A stretch of DNA of 64,000 nt from Utricularia gibba. Its lineage: Eukaryota > Plantae > Magnoliophyta. The notes beneath the pieces were generated by a model. The model ran no database searches. It saw only the letters and a list, made by a program, of their open reading frames with translations, and was not told where the DNA came from. Below, in pieces: positions 53,701 to 64,000 of the stretch (the stretch's first letter is position 1; every line of letters starts with the position of its first letter). The stretch lies in contig NEEC01000149.1 of NCBI GenBank assembly GCA_002189035.1, forward strand, positions 1 through 64,000, read 5' to 3'. Made by a program: the position numbers and the translations under genes.

Positions 53701-56700
53701 AGTTTTGGGGGGCTGCCTACATGGTTTTTCAAGGAACAGCTTCTCGTTTTGTGGCGGCCAGTCTCGCTGGGAACTTGGTCCTTGACCCCGATTATGTATG
53801 CTCATGAGGTCAACCGGATGCAAATTGATTAAAAAAATGATGCCTTTGTTAAAATTACGATATCACGTGCACCCCACATGATTTTTTCAACAACTTACTT
53901 TATACTTGAGGAGGCGGTCTTGGGGTGCACCTAGAACGGACAAAGGTCAGTTTGGCTTGCGCCGAGAGTTAGTTGTAGCTCGGAAAATAAAGTGATGTAT
54001 TTATTAACGTTCAGTTTTTGGGGGCTCCCTACATGGTTTTTCAAGAACAGCTTCTCATTTTGTGGCGGCCAGTCTCGCTGGGAACTTGGTCCTTGACCCG
54101 ATTCTGTATGGCTCATGAGGTCAACCGGATGCAAATCGATTAAAGAAAATGATGCCTTTTTTAAATTACGATATCACGTGCACCCCATTTATACTTGAGG
54201 AGGCGGTCTTGGGGTGCACCTAGAACGGGACAAAGGTCAGGTTTGGCTTGCGCCGAGAGTTAGTTGTAGCTCGGAAAATAAAGTGATGTATTTATTAACG
54301 TTCAGTTTTTGGGGGCTGCCTACATGGTTTTTCAAGGAACAGCTTCTCGTTTTGTGGCGGCCAGTCTCGCTGGGAACTTGGTCCTTGACCCCGATTATGT
54401 ATGGCTCATGAGGTCAACCGGATGCAAATCGATTAAAAAAATGATGCCTTTGTTTAAATTACGATATCACGTGCACCCCACATGATTTTTTCAACAACTT
54501 CTTTATACTTGAGGAGGCGGTCTTGGGTGCACCTGGAACGGGACAAAGGTCAGGTTTGGCTTGCGCCGAGAGTTAGTTGTAGCTCGGAAAAAAGTGATGT
54601 ATTTATTAACGTTCAGTTTTTGGGGGCTGCCTACATGGTTTTTCAAGGAACAGCTTCTCGTTTTGTGGCGGCCAGTCTCGCTGGGAACTTGGTCCTTGAC
54701 CCCGATTATGTATGCTCATGAGGTCAACCGGATGCAAATCGATTAAAAAAAATGATGCCTTTTTTAAATTACGATATCACGTGCACCCCACATGATTTTT
54801 TCAACAACTTACTTTATACTTGAGGAGGCGGTCTTGGGGTGCACCTAGAACGGGACAAAGGTCAGGTTTGGCTTGCGCCGAGAGTTAGTTGTAGCGAAAT
54901 AAAGTGATGTATTTATTAACGTTCAGTTTTGGGCCCTACATGGTTTTTCAAGGAAGCTTCTCGTTTTGTGGCGGCCAGTCTCGCTGGGAACTTGGTCCTT
55001 GACCCCGATTATGTATGCTCATGAGGTCAACCGGATGCAAATCGATTAAAAAATGATGCCTTTGTTTAAATTACGATATCACGTGCACCCCACATGATTT
55101 TTTCAACAACTTACTTTATACTTGAGGAGGCGGTCTTGGGTGCACCTAGAACGGGACAAAGGTCAGGTTTGGCTTGCGCCGAGAGTTAGTTGTAGCTCGG
55201 CAAATAAAGTGATGTATTTATTAACGTTCAGTTTTTGGGGGCTGCCTACATGGTTTTTCAAGGAACAGCTTCTCGTTTTGTGGCGGCCAGTCTCGCTGGA
55301 ACTTGGTCCTTGACCCCGATTCTGTATGGCTCATGAGGTCAACCGGATGAAATCGATTAAAAAAATGATGCCTTTTTTAAATTACGATATCACGTGCACC
55401 CCACATGATTTTTTCAACAACTTACTTTATACTTGTGGAGGCGGTCTTGGGGTGCACCTGGAACGGGACAAAGGTCAGGTTTGGCTTGCGCGAGAGTTAG
55501 TTGTAGCTCGGAAATAAAGTGATGTATTTATTAACGTTCAGTTTTGGGGGGCTGCCTACATGGTTTTTCAAGGAACAGCTTCTCGTTTTGTGGCGGCCAG
55601 TCTCGCTGGAACTTGGTCCTTGACCCCGATTATGTATGCTCATGAGGTCAACCGGATGCAAATCGATTAAAAAAATGATGCCTTTGTTTAAATTACGATA
55701 TCACGTGCACCCCACATGATTTTTTCAACAACTTACTTTATACTTGAGGAGGCGGTGGGTGCACCTAGAACGGGACAAAGGTCAGGTTTGGCTTGCGCCG
55801 AGAGTTAGTTGTAGCTCGGAAAATAAAGTGATGTATTTATTAACGTTCAGTTTTGGGGGCTGCCTACATGGTTTTTCAAGGAACAGCTTCTCGTTTTGTG
55901 GCGGCCAGTCTCGCTGGGAACTTGGTCCTTGACCCCGATTCTGTATGGCTCATGAGGTCAACCGGATGCAAATCGATTAAAAAAAATGATGCCTTTGTTT
56001 AAATTACGATATCACGTGCACCCCACATGATTTTTTCAACAACTTACTTTATACTTGCGGTCTTGGGTGCACCTGAACGGGACAAAGGTCAGGTTTGGCT
56101 TGCGCCGAGAGTTAGTTGTAACTCGGAAAATAAAGTGATGTATTTATTAACGTTCAGTTTTGGGGGGCTGCCTACATGGTTTTTCAAGGAACAGCTTCTC
56201 GTTTTGTGGCGGCCAGTCTCGCTGGGAACTTGGTCCTTGACCCCGATTATGTATGCTCATGAGGTCAACCGGATGCAAATCGATTAAAAAAAAATGATGC
56301 CTTTGTTTAAATTACGATATCACGTGCACCCCACATGATTTTTTCAACAACTTACTTTATACTTGGGAGGCGGTCTTGGGGTGCACCTAGAACGGGACAA
56401 AGGTCAGGTTTGGCTTGCGCCGAGAGTTAGTTGTACTCGGAAAATAAAGTGATGTATTTATTAACGTTCAGTTTTGGGGGCTGCCTACATGGTTTTTCAA
56501 GGAACAGCTTCTCGTTTTGTGGCGGCCAGTCTCGCTGGGAACTTGGTCCTTGACCCGATTCTGTATGCTCATGAGGTCAACCGGATGGAAATCGATTAAA
56601 GAAAATGATGCCTTTCTTTAAATTACGATATCACGTGCACCCCACATGATTTTTTCAACAACTTGCTTTATACTTGAGGAGGCGTCTTGGGGTGCACCTA

Positions 56701-59700
56701 GAACGGGACAAAGGTCAGGTTTGGCTTGCGCCGAGAGTTAGTTGTAGCTCGGAAATAAAGTGATGTATTTATTAACGTTCAGTTTTGGGGGCTGCCTACA
56801 TGGTTTTTCAAGGAACAGCTTCTCGTTTTGTGGGCCAGTCTCGCTGGGAACTTGGTCCTTGACCCCGACTCATGAGGTCAACCGGATGCAAATCGATTAA
56901 AAATGATGCGTTTAAAATTACGATATCACGTGCACCCCACATGATTTTTTAACAACTTACTTTATACTTGAGGAGGCGGTCTTGGGTGCACCTAGAACGG
57001 GACAAAGGTCAGGTTTGGCTTGCGCCGAGAGTTAGTTGTAGCTCGGAAAATAAGTGATGTATTTATTAACGTTCAGTTTTTGGGGGCTGCCTACATGGTT
57101 TTTCAAGGAACAGCTTCTCGTTTTGTGGCGGCCAGTCTCGCTGGGAACTTGGTCCTTGACCCCGATTATGTATGGCTCATGAGGTCAACCGGATGCAAAT
57201 CGATTAAAAAAAATGATGCCTTTGTTTAAATTACGATATCACGTGCACCCCACATGATTTTTTCAACAACTTACTTTATACTTGGGAGGCGGTCTTGGGT
57301 GCACCTGAACGGGACAAAGGTCAGGTTTGGCTTGCGCCGAGAGTTAGTTGTAGCTCGGAAAATAAAGTGATGTATTTATTAACGTTCAGTTTTGGGGGCT
57401 GCCTACATGGTTTTTCAAGGAACAGCTTCTCGTTTTGTGGCGGCCAGTCTCGCTGGGAACTTGGTCCTTGACCCCGATTATGTATGCTCATGAGGTCAAC
57501 CGGATGCAAATCGATTAAAAAAAATGATGCCTTTTTTAAATTACGATATCACGTGCACCCCACATGATTTTTTCAACAACTTACTTTATACTTGGGAGGC
57601 GGTCTTGGGTGCACCTAGAACGGGACAAAGGTCAGGTTTGGCTTGCGCCGAGAGTTAGTTGTAGCTCGGGTGATGTATTTATTAACGTTCAGTTTTGGGG
57701 GCTGCCTACATGGTTTTTCAAGGAACAGCTTCTCGTTTTGTGGCGGCCAGTCTCGCTGGGAACTTGGTCCTTGACCCCGATTCTGTATGCTCATGAGGTC
57801 AACCGGATGCAAATCGATTAAAAAAAATGATGCCTTTGTTTAAATTACGATATCACGTGCACCCCACATGATTTTTTCAACAACTTACTTTATACTTGGG
57901 AGGCGGTCTTGGGTGCACCTGAACGGACAAAGGTCAGGTTTGGCTTGCGCCGAGAGTTAGTTGTAAAATAAAGTGATGTATTTATTAACGTTCAGTTTTG
58001 GGGGGCTGCCTACATGGTTTTTCAAGGAACAGCTTCTCGTTTTGTGGCGGCCAGTCTCGCTGGAACTTGGTCCTTGACCCCGATTCTGTATGGCTCATGA
58101 GGTCAACCGGATGCAAATCGATTAAAAAAATGATGCCTTTGTTTAAATTACGATATCACGTGCACCCCACATGATTTTTTCAACAACTTACTTTATACTT
58201 GAGGAGGCGGTCTTGGGTGCACTAGAACGGGACAAAGGTCAGGTTTGGCTTGCGCCGAGAGTTAGTTGTAGCTCGGAAATAAAGTGATGTATTTATTAAC
58301 GTTCAGTTTTGGGGGGCCTACATGGTTTTTCAAGGAACAGCTTCTCGTTTTGTGGCGGCCAGTCTCGCTGGGAACTTGGTCCTTGACCCCGATTATGTAT
58401 GCTCATGAGGTCAACCGGATGCAAATCGATTAAAAAAATGATGCTTTGTTTAAATTACGATATCACGTGCACCCACATGATTTTTTCAACAACTTACTTT
58501 ATACTTGAGGAGGCGGTCTTGGGGTGCACCTAGAACGGGACAAAGGTCAGGTTTGGCTTGCGCCGAGAGTTAGTTGTAGCTCGGAAAATAAAGTGATGTA
58601 TTTATTAACGTTCAGTTTTCGGGGGCCTACATGGTTTTTCAAAACAGCTTCTCGTTTTGTGGCGCCAGTCTCGCTGGAACTTGGTCCTTGACCCCGATTC
58701 TCATGAGGTCAACCGGATGCAAATTGATTAAAAAATGATGCTTTTTAAATTACGATATCACGTGCACCCCACATGATTTTTAACAACTTTTATACTTGAG
58801 GAGGCGGTCTTGGGGTGCACCTAGAACGGGACAAAGGTCAGGTTTGGCTTGCGAGAGTTAGTTGTAGCTCGGAAATAAAGTGATGTATTTATTAACGTTC
58901 AGTTTTGGGGGCTGCCTACATGGTTTTCAAGGAACAGCTTCTCGTTTTGTGGCGGCCAGTCGCTGGGAATTGGTCCTTGACCCCGATTGTATGGCTCATG
59001 AGGTCAACCGGATGCAAATCGATTAAAAAAATGATGCCTTTTTTAAATTACGATATCACGTGCACCCACATGATTTTTTCAACAACTTACTTTATACTTG
59101 AGGAGGCGGTCTTGGGGTGCACCTAGAACGGGACAAAGGTCAGGTTTGGCTTGCGCCGAGAGTTAGTTGTAGCTCGGAAAATAAAGTGATGTATTTATTA
59201 ACGTTCAGTTTTGGGGGGCTGCCTACATGGTTTTTCAAGGAACAGCTTCTCGTTTTGTGGCGGCCAGTCTCGCTGGGAACTTGGTCCTTGACCCCGATTA
59301 TGTATGCTCATGAGGTCAACCGGATGCAAATCGATTAAAAAAATGATGCAAATTACGATATCACGTGCACCCCACATGATTTTTTCAACAACTTACTTTA
59401 TACTTGAGGAGGCGGTCTTGGGTGCACCTGAACGGGACAAAGGTCAGGTTTGGCTTGCGCGAGAGTTAGTTGTAGCTCGGAAAATAAGTGATGTATTTAT
59501 TAACGTTCAGTTTTGGGGGCTGCCTACATGGTTTTTCAAGGAACAGCTTCTCGTTTTGTGGCGGCCAGTCTCGCTGGAACTTGTCCTTGACCCGATTCTG
59601 TATGGCTCATGAGGTCAACCGGATGCAAATCGATTAAAAAAATGATGCCTTTGTTTAAATTACGATATCACGTGCACCCCACATGATTTTTTCAACAACT

Positions 59701-62700
59701 TTTTATACTTGATCTTGGGTGCACCTAGAACGGGACAAAGGTCAGAGAGTTAGTTGTAAAAATAAAGTGATGTATTTATTAACGTTCAGTTTTGGGGGCT
59801 GCCTACATGGTTTTTCAAGGAACAGCTTCTCGTTTTGTGGCGCCAGTCTCGCTGGGAACTTGGTCCTTGACCCCGATTATGTATGCTCATGAGGTCAACC
59901 GGATGCAAGATTAAAAAAAATGATGCCTTTTTTAAATTACGATATCACGTGCACCCCACATGATTTTTTCAACAACTTGCTTTATACTTGAGGAGGCGGT
60001 CTTGGGGTGCACCTGAACGGGACAAAGGTCAGGTTTGGCTTGCGCCGAGAGTTAGTTGTACTCGGCAAATAAAGTGATGTATTTATTAACGTTCAGTTTT
60101 CGGGGGCTGCCTACATGGTTTTTCAACAGCTTCTCGTTTTGTGGCGGCCAGTCTCGCTGGGAACTACCCCGATTATGGCTCATGAGGTCAACCGGATCGA
60201 TTAAAAAAATGATGCCTTTTTTAAATTACGATATCACGTGCACCCCACATGATTTTTTCAACAACTTTTTATACTTGACCTAGAACGGGACAAAGGTCAG
60301 GTTTGGCTTGCGCCGAGAGTTAGTTGTAGCTCGGAAATAAAGTGATGTATTTATTAACGTTCAGTTTTGGGGGCCTACATGGTTTTTCAAGGAACAGCTT
60401 CTCGTTTTGTGGCGGCCAGTCTCGCTGGAACTTGGTCCTTGACCCCGATTATGTATGGCTCATGAGGTCAACCGGATGCAAATCGATTAAAAAAATGATG
60501 CCTTTTTTAAATTACGATATCACGTGCACCCCACATGATTTTTTCAACAACTTACTTTATACTTGAGGAGGCGGTCTTGGGGTGCACCTGAACGGGACAA
60601 AGGTCAGGTTTGGCTTGCGCCGAGAGTTAGTTGTAGCTCGGAAATAAAGTGATGTATTTATTAACGTTCAGTTTTTGGGGGCTGCCTACATGGTTTTTCA
60701 AGGAACAGCTTCTCGTTTTGTGGCGGCCAGTCTCGCTGGGAACTTGACCCCGATTCTGTATGGCTCATGAGGTCAACCGGATGGAAATCGATTAAAAAAT
60801 GATGCCTTTGTTTAAATTACGATATCACGTGCACCCCACATGATTTTTTCAACAACTTACTTTATACTTGGGAGGCGGTCTTGGGTGCACCTAGAACGGG
60901 ACAAAGGTCAGGTTTGGCTTGCGCCGAGAGTTAGTTGTATAAAGTGATGTATTTATTAACGTTCAGTTTGGGGCTGCCTACATGGTTTTTCAAGGAACAG
61001 CTTCTCGTTTTGTGGCGGCCAGTCTCGCTGGGAACTTGGTCCTTGACCCGATTATGTATGCTCATGAGGTCAACCGGATGCAAATGATTAAAAAAATGAT
61101 GCCTTTGTTAAATTACGATATCACGTGCACCCACATGATTTTTTGTTGAGGAGGCGGTCTTGGGGTGCACCGGGACAAAGGTCAGGTTTGGCTTGCGCTT
61201 AGTTGTTAAAAAATAAAGTGATGTATTTATTAACGTTCAGTTTTGGGGGGCTGCCTACATGGTTTTTCAAGGAACAGCTTCTCGTTTTGTGGCGGCCAGT
61301 CTCGCTGGGAACTTGGTCCTTGACCCCGATTCTGTATGGCTCATGAGGTCAACCGGATGCAAATCGATTAAAAAATGATGCCTTTTTAAATTACGATATC
61401 ACGTGCACCCCACATGATTTTTTCAACAACTTACTTTATACTTGAGGAGGCGGTCTTGGGGTGCACCTAAACGGGACAAAGGTCAGGTTTGGCTTGCGCC
61501 GAGAGTTAGTTGTAGTCGGAAAATAAAGTGATGTATTTATTAACGTTCAGTTTTGGGGGCTGCCTACATGGTTTTTCAAGGAACAGCTTCTCGTTTTGTG
61601 GCGGCCAGTCTCGCTGGGAACTTGGTCCTTGACCCCGATTATGTATGCTCATGAGGTCAACCGGATGCAAATCGATTAAAAAAAATGATGCCTTTGTTTA
61701 AATTACGATATCACGTGCACCCCACATGATTTTTTCAACAACTTACTTTATACTTGGAGGCGGTCTTGGGGTGCACCTAGAACGGGACAAAGGTCAGGTT
61801 TGGCTTGCGCCGAGAGTTAGTTGTAGCTCGGAAAATAAAGTGATGTATTTATTAACGTTCAGTTTTCGGGGGCTGCCTACATGGTTTTTTCAAGGAACAG
61901 CTTCTCGTTTTGTGGCGGCCAGTCTCGCTGGGAACTTGGTCCTTGACCCCGATTATGTATGCTCATGAGGTCAACCGGATGCAAATTGATTAAAAAATGA
62001 TGCCTTTGTTTAAATTACGATATCACGTGCACCACATGATTTTTCAACAACTTACTTTATACTTGAGGAGGCGGTCTTGGGGTGCACCTAGAACGGGACA
62101 AAGGTCAGGTTTGGCTTGCGCCGAGAGTTAGTTGTAGCTCGGCAAATAAAGTGATGTATTTATTAACGTTCAGTTTTCGGGGCTGCCTACATGGTTTTTC
62201 AAGGAACAGCTTCTCGTTTTGTGGCGGCCAGTCTCGCTGGGAACTTGGTCCTTGACCCCGATTCTGTATGGCTCATGAGGTCAACCGGATGGAAATCGAT
62301 TAAAAAAATGATGCCTTTCTTTAAATTACGATATCACGTGCACCCCACATGATTTTTTCAACAACTTACTTTATACTTGGGAGGCGGTCTTGGGGTGCAC
62401 CTGAACGGGACAAAGGTCAGGTTTGGCTTGCGCCGAGAGTTAGTTGTAGCTCGGAAAATAAAGTGATGTATTTATTAACGTTCAGTTTTGGGGGCTGCCT
62501 ACATGGTTTTTCAAGAACAGCTTCTCGTTTTGTGGCGGCCAGTCTCGCTGGGAACTTGGTCCTTGACCCCGATTATGTATTGCTCATGAGGTCAACCGGA
62601 TGCAAATATTAAAAAAATGATGCCTTTGTTTAAATTACGATATCACGTGCACCCCACATGATTTTTTCAACAACTTACTTTATACTTGAGGAGGCGGTCT

Positions 62701-64000
62701 TGGGGTGCACCTAGAACGGGACAAAGGTCAGGTTTGGCTTGCGCCGAGAGTTAGTTGTAGCTCGGAAAATAAAGTGATGTATTTATTAACGTTCAGTTTT
62801 GGGGCTGCCTACATGGTTTTTCAAGGAACAGCTTCTCGTTTTTGTGGCGGCCAGTCTCGCTGGGAACTTGGTCCTTGACCCCGATTCTGTATGCTCATGA
62901 GGGATGCAAATCGATTAAAAAAAGCCTTTGTTTAAATTACGATATCACGTGCACCCCACATGATTTTTCAACTTACTTTATACTTGAGGAGGCGGTCTTG
63001 GGGTGCACCTAGAACGGGACAAAGGTCAGGTTTGGCTTGCGCCGAGAGTTAGTTGTATCGGAAAATAAAGTGATGTATTTATTAACGTTCAGTTTTCGGG
63101 GGCTGCCTACATGGTTTTTCAAGGAACAGCTTCTCGTTTTGTGGCGCCAGTCTCGCTGGGAACTTGGTCCTTGACCCCGATTATGTATGCTCATGAGGTC
63201 AACCGGATGCAAATCGATTAAAAAAAATGATGCCTTTGTTTAAATTACGATATCACGTGCACCCCACATGATTTTTTCAACAACTTACTTTATACTTGAG
63301 GAGGCGGTCTTGGGGTGCACGAACGGACAAAGGTCAGGTTTGGCTTGCGCCGAGAGTTAGTTGTTAAAGTGATGTATTTATTAACGTTCAGTTTTCGGGG
63401 CTGCCTACATGGTTTTCAGCTTCTCGTTTTGTGGCGGCCAGTCTCGCTGGAACTTGACCCCGATTTGCTCATGAGGTCAACCGGATGAAATCGATTAAAA
63501 AAAATGATGCCTTTTTTAAATTACGATATCACGTGCACCCCACATGATTTTTTCAACAACTTACTTTATACTTGAGGAGGCGGTCTTGGGTGCACCTAGA
63601 ACGGGACAAAGGTCAGGTTTGGCTTGCGCCGAGAGTTAGTTGTAGCTCGGAAACGTTCAGTTTTGGGGGCTGCCTACATGGTTTTTCAAGGAACAGCTTC
63701 TCGTTTTGTGGCGGCCAGTCTCGCTGGGAACTTGGTCCTTGACCCCGATTCTGTATGCTCATGAGGTCAACCGGATGCAAATCGATTAAAAAAATGATGC
63801 CTTTGTTTAAATTACGATATCACGTGCACCCCACATGATTTTTTCAACAACTTACTTTATACTTGAGGAGGCGGTCTTGGGTGCACCTGAACGGGACAAA
63901 GGTCAGGTTTGGCTTGCGCCGAGAGTTAGTTGTAGCTCGGAAATAAAGTGATGTATTTATTAACGTTCAGTTTTTGGGGGCTGCCTACATGGTTTTTCAA

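Larger units (their letters stand above)
1..64000 (+). repeat. Tandem satellite DNA array, ~315-bp monomer, ~200-205 head-to-tail copies, single orientation
   Basis: The anchor motif (c/g)acgtgcac recurs every ~307-316 bp (205, 516, 829, 1145, 1457 ... 14954, 15269 and onward to the window end). No non-repeat sequence or inverted block was seen. Exemplar monomer 23406-23720 is 315 bp with 144 G+C (45.7%). Confidence 0.99.
19014..64000 (+). repeat. Homogeneous M-type monomeric satellite domain, ~143 units
   Basis: Units share ggggtgcacctagaacggg, ggtttggcttgcgccgagag, tagctcgg, gattaaaaaaatgatgcc and caccccaca. They differ only at about seven recurrent SNP sites and in homopolymer lengths. 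Confidence 0.96.

Noticed and set aside
1-64000. The ~190 ORFs of 60-133 aa in the ORF track (e.g. MHLERDKGQVWLAPRVSCSSANK...)
   Set aside because: They are translations of the same satellite monomer. Frames shift freely with homopolymer indels, many starts are GTG/TTG, the same stops recur each unit, and no protein family is recognisable.
1-64000. CRISPR array
   Set aside because: No short direct repeats separated by unique spacers; the entire unit is repeated and no cas genes are present.
1-64000. Hammerhead-ribozyme satellite, viroid-like circle or rolling-circle concatemer of a 315-nt circle
   Set aside because: No CUGANGA core was found on either strand of the monomers. An ordered five-type HOR and a domain switch cannot come from copying one circle.
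1-64000. Assignment to a named satellite (CentO, CentC, alpha, 1.688) or to a species
   Set aside because: Only the subunit length is similar; I recognise no sequence similarity. A database search is required.

Overview
The whole 64-kb window is one uninterrupted, head-to-tail tandem satellite array: roughly 200-205 copies of a ~315-bp monomer (~46% GC), all in the same orientation. There are no credible genes, RNA genes, transposons or CRISPR arrays; the listed ORFs are by-products of the repeat. It is very probably eukaryotic centromeric/pericentromeric or heterochromatic satellite DNA, but I cannot name the family or species. The interest is in its nested structure. (1) The 315-bp monomer is an ancient dimer of two ~157-bp halves (~54% identical by hand alignment with one gap). 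(2) From 0.2 to 15.1 kb, five diverged monomers (A-B-C-D-E) form a near-perfect ~1573-bp higher-order repeat (HOR). (3) The HOR domain switches, at the half-monomer boundary, to a domain of one homogeneous monomer type (M) that fills 19-64 kb. (4) That junction appears twice, as a tandem 12-monomer (~3.75-kb) duplication that is either real or a mis-assembly. (5) The M domain shows allele gradients and a weak period-8 signal. Deletion-biased homopolymer noise and interleaved-register segments suggest a noisy long-read consensus, so fine variants need read-level confirmation. All counts and identities were done by hand.
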